Origin: the human T2T-CHM13v2.0 reference genome, Homo sapiens
Assembly: GCF_009914755.1 (NCBI RefSeq)
Contig: NC_060929.1
Length of the DNA: 64,000 nucleotides
Reading direction: 5' to 3' (one strand)
How positions within the stretch are numbered: position 1 is the stretch's first letter; the number at the start of each line of letters is the position of its first letter. Made by a program: the position numbers and the translations under genes. A model generated the notes under the pieces. It searched no databases. It was given only the letters and a program-made list of their open reading frames with translations, and had not been told where the DNA came from. This document shows positions 15,901 to 32,065 of the stretch, in pieces.

Positions 15901-18900
15901 CTTCTCTGACCACAATGCAATAATACTACAATTCAATAACAAGAGAAACTTGGAACTAAACAACACGCTCCAGAATGACCAGTTTGGGCCAATGAAAAAA
16001 GAAGAAAATTAAACAATTTTTTTGAAACAAATGAAAGTGGAAATAAAACACACAAAAACATACATGGGAGGTTGGGAGTGGTGTTTCACACCAGTAATCC
16101 TAACATTTTGGGAGACCAATGCAGGAGGACTGCTTGAAGGCAAGAGTTCAAGATGAGCCTGAGCAATAAACCAAGACACTGTCTACACAAAAATACAAAA
16201 AAAAAAAAAAAAAAAAAAAAAGAACAAAAAGAAAGGAAAGAGAGCCTATGGTATACAGTGAAAGTAGTACTAAGAGGGACATTTATATTAATAAGCACTT
16301 AGATAAAAAATGTAGAAAACCTTCAAATAGACAACCTAATGATGCATCTTAAAGAAAGAAAAGAGCAAACCAAACCCCAAATTAGCAGAATAAATAATAA
16401 ACATCAGAGACAAATGAAATTGAAACAAAAAAATACAAAAGATCAATGAAATGAAAAGTTGGTTTTTTGAAAAGATAAACAAAATTGACAAACCTTTGAT
16501 CAACAACCTAAGAAAAAGAGAGAAGACCCAAATAGATAAAATCAGAGATGAAAAGGGAGACATTATAACTGATACTGCAGAAATTCAAAAGATTATTAGA
16601 GGCTACTATAAGCAACTATATGCCAAGAATTGGAAAACCTAGAAGAAATGAATACATTCCTAGACAGATACAACCTACCAATATTGAACCAGGAAGAAAT
16701 TTAAAACCTTAAGAGACCAATAACAAGTTGTAAGGTCAAAGCTGTAATAAAAAGTCTCAGCAAAGAAAAGCCTGAGACCCAGTGGCTTCACTGTTGAACG
16801 TTACTGAACACCGAAGGAAGAACTAAACCAATCCTACTCAAACTATTCCGAAAAACAGAGCAGGAGATACTTCCAAACTCATTCTATGAGGCTAGTATTA
16901 CCCAGATACCAAAAACAGACAAAGACACATCAAACAAAGAAAATTGCCGGCCAATATCCCTGGCGAACATTGATACAAAAATCCTCAACAAAATACTATC
17001 AAACTGAATTCAACAACACATTAAAAAGATTATTCATCATGACCACATGGAATTTATCCCAGGGATGCAAGGATGGTTCAACATACGCAAATCTACGTGG
17101 TACATTATATCCACAGAATGAAGGACAAAAACCATAAAGTCATTTAAATTGATGCTGAGAAAACTGATAAAATTCAACATCCTCTCATGATAAAAACCCT
17201 CACAAAACTGGGCATAGAAAAAACATACATCAACATAATAAAAGTCATACACAACAGACCCATGGCCTGTATCATAATAAATGGAACAAAAGTGAAAGCC
17301 TTTCCTGTAAGATCTGAAAGACAAAGATGTTCACCTTCACCATTGCTATTCAACATAGGACTGAAAGTCCCAGCTAGAGCAATTGAAAAAGAGAAAGAAA
17401 TGAAGGGTATATGAATTGGAAAGAAAGAAATCAAATTATGCTTATCTGGAAATGATAATGACCTTATATTTGAAACAACCTAAAAACTCCACCAAAACTA
17501 TTAGAACTGATACATTCAGTAAAGTTGCAGGATACAAAAATACATACACAAAAATCAACAGCATGTCTATATGCCAATAAAAACCTGAAAAAGAAATCAA
17601 GTAATTCCATTTATAATAGCTAGAAATAAAATAAGATACCTAGGAATAAACTTAACCAAAGAAGTGAAAGATCTCTACAATGAAAACTATAAAACAGCGA
17701 TTCAAGAAACTGAAGAGGACACAAAACAACGGAAAGATATCACATATTCATGGACTGGAAGAATCAATATTGTTAAAATGTCCATACTACCCAAAACAAT
17801 CTACAGATTTGATGCAATCCCTATCAAAATAACAATGACATCGTTCACCAAACCACAAGAAACAATCCTAAAATGTATACAGAACCACAAAAGACCCAGA
17901 ATAGCCAAAGATATCCTAAGCAAAAAGAACACAACTGTAGGAATCCCACTACCTGACTTCAAATTATACTACAGAGCTATAGTAACCAAAACAGTTTGGT
18001 ACTGGCATATAAACAGATATACAGACCAGTGAAACAGAACAGAGCTCAGAAACAAATCCACACACCTACAGTGAACTTATTTTTGAGAAAAGTGCCAAGA
18101 ACATACATTGGGGAAAGGACAGTCGCTTCAATAAATAGTGCTAGGAAAACTGGATATTCATAAGCAGAAGAATGAAACTAGACCCCTACCTCTTGCTATA
18201 CATTAAAATCATATCAAATGGATTAAATATTTAAATCTAAGGCCTCAAACTCTGAAATTACTAAAAGAAAACACTGGGGAAACTCCAGAACATTGTACTG
18301 GTCAAAGATTTCTTGAGAAATACCACGTATGCACAGGCAACCAGAGCAAAAATGGACAAATGAGATCACATCAAGTTAAAAGGCGTCTCTACAGATAAAG
18401 AAATAATCAACAAAGAGACAACCTACAGAATGGGAGAAAATATTTGAAAGCTACCCATCTGACAAGGGATTAATAACCAGAATATACAAGGAGATGAGAG
18501 AAGTCTATAAGAAGAAATCTAGTAATCCACTTAAAAAATGGTTGAAAGATCTGAATAGACATTACTCAAAAGACAACATACACTGGGCAAGCACATATGA
18601 GAAAAGGTATTCAACAACACTAATGACAGAAATGCAACTGAAAACCACAATGAGATATTATCTCATCCCATTTATAATGGCCATTATAAGTGTCCGACAA
18701 CAGATGAACGAATAAAGAAAATGTGGTAGATATACACAATGGACTACTATTGAGCCATTAAAAAGGATGCGATCCTGTCATTTCAAATAACATGGATGGA
18801 ACTGGAGGACATTATGTCAAGTGAAATAAGCCAGGCACAGAAAGACAAACTTTGCATGTTCTTACTAATTTGTGTGAGGTAAAAATAAAAAGAATTGAAC

Positions 18901-19230
18901 TCATGAAAACAGAAAGTACAATGATGGTTACCAGAGGCTGGGAAGATTAGAGGGAGGGAGTGTGGAGGGTTAATAAGTACAAAAATATAGTTAGATAGAA
19001 TTAATAAGAATCTAGTATTTGATAGCATAACACAGTGACTAGAGTGAACAAAAATTTACTGTACATTTAAAAATAGCTAAAAATAGAATGTTTGTAACAC
19101 AAAGAAATGATAAAAGCTTGTGGTGGATGCTGCATTTACCACGATGTGATTATTACACACTGTATGCCTGTATCAAAATATCTCATCTACCCCATTAATA
19201 CCTACTATGTACTCATAATATTTTTTTTAA
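12975..19230 (+). mobile_element. Near full-length dead L1 (L1MA1-3-like), about 6.2 kb
   Basis: GC-richer 5' UTR, ORF1 remnants (MEILELKN...), ORF2 remnants ([15 protein letters not shown]; [10 protein letters not shown]), and 3' UTR. An Alu monomer sits at about 16070-16220. Confidence 0.9.
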
Positions 19231-19807
19231 AAAAATGAATTCTTGCCAATTCAAGTCTTCTAAACAACAAAAATAGTAACTTGAAAATGTTGTTTCTTCC
19301 AAAAAAGATTTACTTTTATATAGAACTTGCAAATTTATCACTAAAAAGTGTGAATTTAAAAACTAATAAATTATTTGCAAATATACTTCATATAGTATTG
19401 CTAAACTGTAAATTTTAAGTTTTAATTTTTATCAAAGTTGTACATAGCTTATTTTAAAATCACTTTTCAAAAGACTTGATATTTAAAGGACTACTTGGTT
19501 GGACATAAAATCCTTGATCCACATTTTTTTTCTAAGTTTAAAAACGCTGCTCCCTGTTGCCTTCTTTCTTAATTTTGTAAAGTGTGGTGCTAATCCAATT
19601 ATTTTTGCTTTTATGATTTGTTCCTTTTCCTTGAAGAATTTTATATTTGATCTAACAGTTTTACTGTTCACAGTTTATCATTCTGGGTTAATTTTCCCAA
19701 GTACCCAGTATCCTTTTCAATGGGTACCTCCAGCCTCTTTCTCTATTCTGAGACATTTTTCCTTGATTATGGTTTTAAATAAAGCCTCATTAAAGAAAAT
19801 TTTTTTC

Positions 19808-21682
<1,875 letters not shown>

Positions 21683-22947
21683 AAATTTTCATTTGACTCT
21701 ATTTTCAGTATCTGGTAACTTTTTTTCTTCATTTAAGATAATCTATTGTCATTTTCTTTCATCTCTTTGAGTACAATTCTTTTTGCATTTTTCCCCTGGT
21801 TTTCACCCATTTTTGTTCTTGATTTTGAATTTGTGACTCAAGGTGGTTCTTCTTATCTTCAAACCCAAGTGTTGTATATTTTGAGTTCTATTTGGAGTGT
21901 ATACTAATAGTTTTCTTTTGCTTCTTAAGTAGTTTTACGGGATTAGAGGAATTTTCCTTAGTTGATTTGTATGAATTTTTCCCTAATTTTATAAACTAAA
22001 GGAAAGGATTTCACTTTCCTTCTGTTTATTTTTGTGATTTGGGGGCATTTTTTCAATATCCTTCGTTTAATGGCATCTTTTTCTTTCTGTCGTTTGCCAA
22101 AGTCTAGATACCTCAGTGGAGTTTTGCTTTAATAGTAGAGAAGAGGGTTGTAGGCCTTCTCATTTTTTGGTTCCTTTTTTTCTTGCAGGTCTTTAAAAAT
22201 TTTTTCCTTGACCATCCAATTTCCAAAGAACTCTTTTGTTTTCCTTTTCTGTCTTCCAGAAGTTAGACATTCAGAAGTGTGTCTCTTTAAATCACATTTA
22301 AATGGCTGTCTAGCCCTTTAAAGTACTTATACTTTGAAATCCTTTTCCTGTAATCCTGCTCTGATCTGTCTGGTTAGTTTTTTGCACTGAAAATACAAAA
22401 AAAAAGGGTGGATTTAATCTTTCCGGTGGTTCTTCCAGCTCTCCCTCACTAGTGCTCCTTCTGTCTTCTCAAGGAACATATCTTGGTCTAATTTTCCTTG
22501 CCACAGGGTCCCCTTGCGGCAATGGGGTAAAAGCATGTAGGACCACTGCACTTGAGTGTGTTACCTTTTTCTTACATGATTATTTTGCAGTTTTGCCATT
22601 ATCTATCTACAAGTAATGTTCAAGGTGTTGTTTCATGTCAAAATGATATAGATGTGAAGTTATTTTGTATCTTTTAGGGAGATAACATTTTGGGATGCGG
22701 CTTACCACAAGCCTACCACCTACCACTGTCTTCAGCTACTCAGAAGCCCACACAGTTTAAAGAGTTAAATCATTCTGAACTCTTTGAGTCAAGGTTTGAT
22801 ATGAAAAACAGTTGTAGCTCTTCTTACCTTTATTTCTCTCTCCCTAATCATTTTCACCTTTTTCCTGATAATACATAAAATAGCCAGCACAACACATGTC
22901 ATAGTTGCTCAGTCCTTATTTATATTTTAAAAAATCTGATAGTAATG

Positions 22948-23260
22948 GCCAGGTGCAGTGTCTCACACTGTAATCCCAGCTGTTCGAGAGGCCAAGGCTG
23001 GAGGACTGCTTGAGCTCAGGAGTTTGAAACCAGTCTGGGCAACATAGCGAGACTCAGTCTCTACCAAAAAACAAACAAACAAACAAAAAAACTCCCCAAA
23101 AATAGCCAGGTGTGGTGGTGCACCTGTAGTCCCAGCTACTACGGAGGCTGAGGCAGGAGGATCATGAGCCCAGGAGGTCAAGGTGGCAGCAAGCCATGAT
23201 TGCATCACTGCATTCCAGCCTGGACGGCAGCATTAGGCCCTGTTTAAAATAAATAAATAA
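22948..23260 (+). mobile_element. AluJ-like
   Basis: Diverged dimer; AAAAATCTGATxGTA repeated on the flanks. Confidence 0.9.
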
Positions 23261-23743
23261 AATTTTAAAAATCTGATGGTAGAGACAGAAAGATGAGAAT
23301 GAGATCTAAAGTGGTTCATTGAAAAGCTGTGGTTTAGTTGAGCCCAGGAGGAAAGACAGGCTTTTGATACCAGAGGAGGAAAAGGCATTCCAGATTAATA
23401 AAAATTTCAATTGACAAAGTCAGCAAACAATGTCAAGGTGCCAGTTAGACAAGCAGCCAGGTTGGTATAAGGCATGTTCATATGTTCCCCTCATACCTCT
23501 TCCCATTTCTGATACAATCACTATACTCAAGAGTTTCCTTAAATTTGAACTTTTACATCGATTGTTGAGATTGTTAGAACAAATAGCACAATACAGTATT
23601 TTTTATGTATAACAACTCAATTGATTTACATGTCAGAGCAACTATCAACGTCCAGAGAGCAAGCAGTTAAGAAAATGAGATGATACAAAACACCAGTCAT
23701 GTCCATTCTTTACTTGAGCAAAGCTATTTTTCCTGCTTTAGGA

Positions 23744-23925
23744 AAGTGGTTCTCAAACTTTAGGACGCATCAGAATCATTTGAAGGGTTTGTTAAAGAAA
23801 GAATGCTGGACTCCATATCCAGGGTTTCTGATCCATTAGGTCTGGGGCAGGCCTGAGAATCTGCATTTCTAACAAGTTCACAGTTTATACTGATGTTACT
23901 GCTCTGGAGATCACACTTTGAGTAC
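23744..23925. mobile_element. MER5A-like hAT MITE
   Basis: AGTGGTTCTCAAACTTT...GCATCAGAATCA...TGCATTTCTAACAAGTTC...CACACTTTGAG. Confidence 0.8.
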
Positions 23926-26158
23926 AATAACCTCTATCGCATTTTCCTCTTATTTAATTCTTCCTTGTTTTGATGGGGCATATCTTTCAGCAGAAGACAG
24001 ACGTCTGTGTCTGTGGATGTATTTTACTTTTTATTATGAAAAATTTCACATATATGCAAAAAAACAGAATAATGAACCCTCTTACCATCATTTGCCTTCA
24101 ACAATTATTAACTCATGGTTATTCTTTTTTAAAATCTACATCCTCATCAATTCATACCCTTCCAAAGGCATTATTCTGAAGCAAATTCTAAACATATCAT
24201 TTCATCTGTAGACATGTAAGTATGCATCTCTAAAATATTTTTTAAAACAACAAGAGGTAAATTTGTTGAGACCATATTTTAAAATGCTTTTAGTCTGTCC
24301 TTATACTCGCTTGGTGATTTGGATGCATATATAATTCATTGTCGAAAATAATTATTCTTCAGAAGAATGTAGGCATCAGCCATTGCATCTTAGTTTCCAG
24401 CACTGCTTTTGAGAAGTCCACAGTCATTTTGAATCCTTAACCTTTGTTGTTATGTTTTTTCTCTCTGGAAGCATCCAAGATCTTCTTCCCAGTGGTCTGG
24501 CTCAGCACAATGTGTCTTTAACATGAGTCTTTTTAAAAATCTATTATACTGGACCTTGCTTGATGATTTCAATGTAAAACTCTTGTCCTTTATTTCTGTG
24601 AATTTTTCTTTTATTATTTCATTGATAATCCCTTTCTGCTCTGTTCTCTCTGCCTGGAGCTCCTACTGTTCAGATGTTAGAACTCCTGGATTATTTCCTT
24701 AATTTTACCTATGTCCTATTTACTACCTTTAAAAAAACAAAAATCTTTTTCTTTACTTTCTAGAAATGTCTATAATTCTACCTTCTAACTCTTCTAATTT
24801 CTTTCCTCACTGCTACCATATTTATAATTTCCAAGAGCTCTTTTTTAACCTCTTCCTTTTTTATAGTATACTTACTTTTTCATGATTTCAAAAACTCTTC
24901 TCTCTTTAAAAATACTGACAAATTTCCTTCTTTTTGTTGGACATCTGAATAATGTGTTTCCTAGTGTTGCACTGATTCTCTTGATCTCTTTCATATTGGA
25001 AACTTTCTTCATATGACTGATAGTCCTTTGCTGTCTGCTCATTTTTAACAGTAGGGAATCTTCTGACTCGAAACCCAAAGGCTGTACTTTGAGTTTACCA
25101 AAAATGGGCTTCACCACAGGATAATCTAGTTGGGCTACTTTGCTAGGGAAGCTATATTGTTATCTTTAGGTCAAAACTTTTACGCTGGTCAGATTCTTAG
25201 AAAAGACCCCAGCAACCTCCTGTCCTGAGGATTAAAGTTTGTTGGCCAGAGTTTGGAAGTTGGGGAATAGTGGTGGGATAGGGTCATGTGAGGCTCAGTA
25301 GCTAGTTTGCTTGCTTCCCTAATCCCTCCTCTGTATTCAGTGTGATACTTTGATTTCAATTGTATCTGGTGACTACTCCTCTACCCTCCAAGACCAGACA
25401 CCCACGATTTTTTTCTCTATAGAGGTCCAGTGTGGGGAGGAAATAGAGAGATTTGATTGTTTCTTAAATTGACATATAACTCATCTTCCTTATACACTCT
25501 CCACCCCCAACTCTCCATTCCAGGAGGTATCCAGAACTGCTACAATGTTATATAATTATGATGTAGATCTAGTTTTGAGCTTCCCTAACTGATAGTTTAG
25601 GATCTGGGTTTCTCAGATTTACTAACTCACTTAGCACTTGACCATTTGTTTTCCAGTTTCTACAATGCTGTCTTCTGTAGTTTCCTCTCTTGTCCACCCT
25701 GTCTTTTGGGATTTCGACAGTTTTTAGCCCCATTTCTTTTCTTCATAAGAAGATAAAGTAGATGTACCTTTACCTGGATGAAATTCCTACCTTGTAAAAA
25801 GCCAAGTGAAACTATTTGAAGTCTTTCACAACAGGAGACAACCTTACTTTATGAAACTGGGTTTATATGTAAGTTTTCAGGAATCATTACCCTTTCCTAT
25901 CTCCCACCCTTGAGACATTATCACTTTACAGACTGCCTTAAAATCTAGATAAGATTCAACTGGTCATGGCTTCTCAGTCTTTTGGTTCCGTATAATTAAT
26001 TTATAAGTAATCTTTTTCAAGTGATGAATCCTCATTAGAGGGAAAGTATATTTTTAAAATACGTAATTGTTGGATAATATATATTCTCTAAATTGGAAAC
26101 CAAGAGAATAGCTCAGCTTTCTTTATCAGCCATAATTTTCTTCCTTCAATAAAGACAT

Positions 26159-26458
26159 GACCAGGTGCAGTGGCTCATGCCTGTAATCCCAGAACTTTGG
26201 GAGGCTGAGGCAGGCAAATTGCTTGAGTCTAGAAGTTCAAGACTAGCCTGAGCAACATGGTCAAACCCCATCTCTACAAAAACACACAAAAATTAGCCAG
26301 GCATGGTGGCGCATGCCTGTAGTCTCAGCTACTCGGGGGGCTGAGGCAGAAGAATTACTTCAGCCCAGGAGGTAGAGGCTTCAGTGTGCCGAGATCACGC
26401 CACTGCACTCCAGCCTGGGCAACAGACTGAGACCCTATCTCACTTACAAAAAAAAAAA
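26159..26458 (+). mobile_element. Alu (J/S)
   Basis: Full dimer with poly-A. Confidence 0.92.
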
Positions 26459-26698
26459 GACAGAGGCCAAGCCTACACAGCACTCACTCAAAGGAAGCTC
26501 AACAGGAATACCAGCTTCCCTGGTGAATGCACTACTTAACGAGTTGTCAGCAAGTTTTAAATTTAAGGCTTTGTCACTTTAAACAACAGAGTGCCACTGC
26601 AGATCCAATATAAAAAATAAAAATGTAAAAACAGTGAGAAATGTTGCCTCTATACACAAAACATAGAAAAAAGTAAATAATAATGCTGTTCAGAACTC

Positions 26699-26844
26699 AT
26701 GCTAAATGACGAGTTAATGGGTGCAGCACACCAGCATGGCACATGCATACATATGTAACTAACCTGCACATTGTGCACATGTACCCTAAAACTTAAAGTA
26801 TAATAAAAAAATTAGCTGAAAAAAAAATAAATAAATAAAAAAAA
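26699..26844 (+). mobile_element. Very short young L1PA2-4 3' end
   Basis: GCTAAATGACGAGTTAATGGGTGCAGCACACCAGCATGGCAC...CTTAAAGTATAATAAA, close to consensus; AGAACT(C/T)A on the flanks. Confidence 0.88.
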
Positions 26845-26929
26845 GAACTTAGAGCAAAGTCATCAAAATACACATTCAAATAGGTCTTAACTGTAGATAA
26901 ATTTTTAGTGTTAGTGATAAAAATCAGTC

Positions 26930-27850
26930 TCTCAGATTGGGAGAAAATATTTGCCAAACATGTACCTGACAAACGTTACGGTATCCAGAATATATATAAA
27001 GAATTCTCATAACTCAACATTAAGACAACAAACACAAGATATTTAAACAAACATCACAAGAGATACAGATAAGCAAATGAAAAGATGTGCAACATCATTA
27101 GTCATTAGGGAAATGCAAATGGAAACCACAATGAGCTATCACTACATACCTACCAGAATGGTTAAGATTAAAAAAAAAAAAAAAACCCAAAAAATGTGAC
27201 AATACCAAATGCTGACAAAAATGCCAAGCAAATGGAATTTTCACATAATGCTGGTGAGATGGTAAACTGGTACCGCCACTTTGGAAAACAGTTTCACAGT
27301 TTCTTATAAAGTTAAACATATACTTACCTTACAACCTAGCAATCCCATTCATAGGTATCTACCCAGGAGAAATGAAAATATGCTTATGCAAAGACCTGCA
27401 TGCAAATGTTTAGAGCAGCCTTATTTATTGTATCTCAAAACTGGAAACAAATATATATCCGTCAACTGGTGAATGCATAAGCAAAATATGGTATATCCCT
27501 ATAGTGAAACAGTATTCAGCAATAAAAAGCAACAAGTTAAGAATACATGTAACAACATGATGAGTAGTAAAAGCATTATGGTAAGTTAAAAGCCAGACAC
27601 AAAGAGATGCATACTGCATGATTCCATGTATATAATATGCTGCAACAGTGGTTACCAGAGGTTGGGGACACAGAGGGTAACTGACTACAATGGGGCAGAA
27701 GAGAACTATCTGGGAGGATGGAAATATTTTATATACTCATGTGGTAATGACTATATGACTGTATGCATTTGTGAAAACTATAACTGTATACTTTAAAAGG
27801 GTGAATTTGACCGTGTGTAAATTATATCTCAATGTGATTTTTTAAAAGGC
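26930..27850 (+). mobile_element. Ancient L1 (L1ME/MC-type) 3' fragment
   Basis: Degenerate ORF2 C-terminus (GAAATGCAAATGGAAACCACAATGAG) and old-L1 3' UTR. Confidence 0.7.
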
Positions 27851-28363
27851 ACAACATATCTTTTTTTTAAAAAAAGACATAGAATAAGGAAAACCAAAAA
27901 AAGGTAGGAAACAATAAATAGATCAAAGAAAAAAAGACTATCAAGAATACACAGAAAACATATAAAGAGTTAACTATTTTTTTAGGTTGGTAAATAGAAC
28001 TATTTGGTGGAAGAAAATTTCTGAACAGAGTTGCATGAGAATCTGTTCAAACATGACACGCTACGTATCCCGGCTCTAGTGAGTCAACTGCATCTTTGTC
28101 CCCCTTTGATAAAAGGGTCTGACAACTTCTGTTCTTTAATTTTTTAACTGTAGGCTTTACTCCCAACATAAACATTTCACAAAATAAATTTGAGAGACTA
28201 CTACTATGTGCCAAGAATTGTACCAAGTACTTTTATATGTTATTTCTTTTAATTACATAATCATTCCATACTTAGACATTATCCCCCTTGTTTAATCAGT
28301 TAAGGAAGCTGAAAGCTCAGAGAAATTTAGTAATCTGCCAAAGGTACCTTTGGCTGTAAGCAG

Positions 28364-30516
28364 TGATATGGTTTGGCTGCATCCCCATCCAAATCTCATT
28401 TTGAATTGGAGTTCCCATAATCCCCATGTGCTGTGGAAAGGACCTGGTGGGAGGTAATTGAATCATGGGGGCGATGGTTTTATAAGGGCTTTCCCACCCT
28501 TTGCTTGGCTCTCATTCTTTTTCCTGCCGCCCTGTTAAGAGGTGACTTCCGCCATGATTTTAAGTTTCCTGAACCTCCCCAGCCAAGCAGAACTGTGAGT
28601 CAATTAAAACTCTTTTCTTTATAAAAAGAAATACCCAGTCTCGGGTATTTCTTCATAGGAGCATGAGAACAGACTAATACAGTAAAGTGGTACCGTAGAG
28701 AGTGGGGTGCTGCTATAAGGATACCCGAAAATGTGGAAGCAACTCTGGAATTGGGTAACAGGCAGAGGCTGGAACAGTTTGGAGGTTCAGAAGAAGACAG
28801 GAAAATGTGGGAAAGTTTGGAACTTCCTAGAGACTTGTTGAATAGCTTTGACCAAAATGCTGATAATGATATGGACAATGAAGTCCAGGGTGAGGTGGCC
28901 TCAGATGGAGATGCAGAACTTGTTGGGAACTGGAGCAAAGGTGACTCTTGTTATGCTTTAGCAAAGAGACTGGCGGCATTTTGCCCCTGCCCTAGAGATC
29001 TATGGAACTTTGAACTTGAAAGACATGATTTAAGGTCTTAAATTTCTAGGAAGAAATTTCTAGGTGGCAAAGCATTCAAGATGAAGCAGAGCATAAAAGT
29101 TTGGAAAATCTGCAGCCTGTTGATGTGACAGAAAAGAAGAACGTATTTTCTGGGGAGAAATTCAAGCCTACTGCAAAAATTTGCATAAGTAACAAGGAGC
29201 TAAATGTTATCACCAAGACAATGGGGAAAATGTCTCCAGGGCATGTCCGAGACCTTCATGGCAGCCCCTCCCATCAAACACCTGGAGGCCTAGGAGGGAA
29301 AAATGGGTTTCCTGGGCTGGGCCCAGGGCCTTGCTGCTTTGTGCAGTCTTGGGACCTGGCGCCCTGTGTCTCAGCTGCTTCAGCTCCAGCTGTGGCTAAA
29401 AGGGGTCAAGGCCACTCTGAGGACAGTTCAGGCCATTGCTTCAGAGGGTGTCAGCCCCAAGCCTTGGCGGCTTTCCCACGGTGTTGGGCCAGTGGGTGCA
29501 AAGAAGTCAAGAACTGAGGTTTGGGAAACTCCGCCTACATTTCAGAGGATGTATGGAAACACCTGGATGTCCAGGCATTAGTTTGCGGCAGGAGGGGAGC
29601 CCTCATGGAGAACCTCTGCTAGGGCAGTACAGAAGGGAAATGTGGGGTTGAAGCCCCCCCACCCCCACAATCCTCACTGGGCAGTACCTAGTAGAGCTGT
29701 GAGAAGAGGGCCACTGTCCTCCAGATCCCAGAATAGTAGATCCACTCACAGCTTGCACTGTGCACCTGGAAAAGCTGTAGACACTCAATGCTAGCCTGTG
29801 AAAGCAGCCAGGAGGGGGGCTTGTACTCTGCAAAGCCACAGGGACGGAGCTGCCCAAGGTGGTGGGAGCCCACCTCTTGCATAAGAGTGACCTGAATGTG
29901 AGACATGGAGTCAAAGGAGATCATTTTGGACCTTTAAGATTTGGCTGCCTGCCAATTTCTCCCATTTGGAATAGGTGTATTTACCCACTGCCCATACCCT
30001 CAATGTATCTAAGAAGGAACTAACTTGCTTTTGATTTCACAGGTTCACAGGTGGAGGGGACTTGCCTTGTCTCAGATGAGACTTTGGATTTGGACTTTTG
30101 GGTTAATACTGGAATGAGCTAAGACTTTGGGGGACTGTTGAAAAGGCATGACTGTGTTTTGAAATGTGAGGACATGAGATTTGGGAGGGGCCAGGGGCAG
30201 AATGATACAGTTTGGCTGTGTCCCCACCCAAATCTCATCTTGAATTGTAGTTCCCATAATCCCCATGTGTTGTGGGAGGGACCTGTTATGAGGTAATTGA
30301 ATCATGGGAGTGATGGTTTTATAAAGAGCTTGTCCCCCTTTGCCTGGTTTGCATTCTCTCTCCTGCCGCCCTGGGAAGAAGTGCCTTCTGCCATGATTGT
30401 AAGTTTCCTGAGGCCTCCCCAGCCATGCAGAACTGTGAGTCAATTAAATCTCTTTTCTTTATAAATTACCCAGTCTCAGGTATTTCTTCACAGCAGTATG
30501 AGAATGGACTAATACA
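28364..30516 (+). mobile_element. Complete THE1 (ERVL-MaLR) element: LTR 28364-28681, internal region, LTR 30203-30516
   Basis: Two LTRs TGATA..GTTTGGCTG...GACTAATACA; THE1-int ORF remnant (EATLELGNRQRLEQFGGSEEDRKMWESLELPRDLLN); polypurine tract before the 3' LTR. Confidence 0.92.
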
Positions 30517-30734
30517 CACAGTTAAGGTCTGAACCCAGATTTGACTTCACGGCCCATGCACAACGTTTTAAGCACTTCGGAATTAAGAGTTGCTTTATAA
30601 ATATTTAACAGTCATGTTCCTACAACCCCTACACAAAATAAAATGCACCACATATACAATTTTCTTAAGCCCAGTGACGTCATAAAATAACAGATGGCAA
30701 TCAGACTGGGGCTCTTGGCTTAACAGATACTTTG

Positions 30735-31203
30735 TGTTACGGGTTGAACTGTGCCCCCCTCAAAATCATATTATATGTTCAAGGCTTATCTCCCAGTACC
30801 TCTGAATGTTACCTTGTTTGAAAACAGCAGCATTGTGGATTTAATTAGTTAGAATGAGATAACAGTGGAGTAGGTTGGACCCCTAATCCAGTATGACTGG
30901 TGTCCTGATAAATAGGGGAAATCTGGAAAAAGACAAATACATAAAAAGAATGCCATGTGTACATGCAGACAGAGATTGGAGTGATGCATCCACAAGCCAT
31001 GGAGTACCAAAGATTGCCAGCAAACACCAGATGTAAGGGGAAACTCATGAAACAGCTTCTCCCTCACCGCCAACAGAAGGAACCAACCCTGCCCACACCT
31101 TGATCCTATTTCCAGCCTCTGGAACTGTGAAACAATACATTTCTGTTGTTTAAGTCACCCAGTTTGTGGTACTTTCTTATGGCAACCCTAGCAAATGAAT
31201 ACA
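30735..31203 (+). mobile_element. MLT1-type MaLR solo LTR
   Basis: TGTTACGGGTTGAACTGTG...GGCAACCCTAGCAAATGAATACA. Confidence 0.8.
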
Positions 31204-31867
31204 TTGTATAATTATATAATTAAAATTATATAATTTTCTGTAAGTTATTTCCACATTCTGAAACCCAGATTTCAACAGGTGCCCTTTTTCATGTTTTTCT
31301 TCTTCCAAGGCCTCTTACCAAATATTTTAAGTACTTTCTACTTCACGCTATTTGAGTTACATTATCTGAATCATGTTATTGAAAGATGGAATATATTCTT
31401 TTCTAATGAACTGCTAAACAGATAAATTATGAGTTTCTCAAAGCATAAATCTTAGCAGATCGAAGAGTCTCATTTCTTTAAAAATTCACTGACAAATGCT
31501 CCTCCAATGAGAATTAACAACTAGTTTCTTATCTAGTGCTTTTATTTGCTGCATACCTTCCTCTCTTTCCTTTAGTTCTCACTAATACTGTTCAACATAG
31601 AAAAACTGCACACTTGAGAAAAGGCCTTCTTCTTGGATTTCTCGCTAATTTGGAGTTCTTATAATGACTATTTATGGCACTAATCATCTTTGATGATACC
31701 CAATTTGCTGAAGTTCATTTCCATAATGTAATTTCTCATTTTACAATTCCACATTCAAAAATTTTTTACATCTGACTACTATTTGGCACTTTCAAAATTT
31801 ATGTTTATTTTTGTGGTTCTCTTCAATTTTGAACACTTCCTTCCCTTGCTTTTATATCTCCATTGTC

Positions 31868-32065
31868 TGTTTTTTTTGTTTTTTTTTTTTGAGACAGGGT
31901 CTCACTCTGTCTCCCAGCCTGGAGGGCAATGGCATCACCTTGGCTCCACCTGCGAGGCTGAAGCAGGTGATCCTCCCACCTCAGCCTCCAAAGAAGCTGA
32001 GACTACAGATGTGTACCACCACGCCAAGCTGATTTGTGTATTTTTTTGATGTAGAGATGGGGTTC
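31868..32065 (-). mobile_element. Partial AluJ
   Basis: Poly-T followed by GAGACAGGGTCTCACTCTG. Confidence 0.85.

Noticed and set aside
28733-29651. Cluster of ORFs
   Set aside because: Fragments of the THE1 internal ORF, broken by stops and frameshifts.
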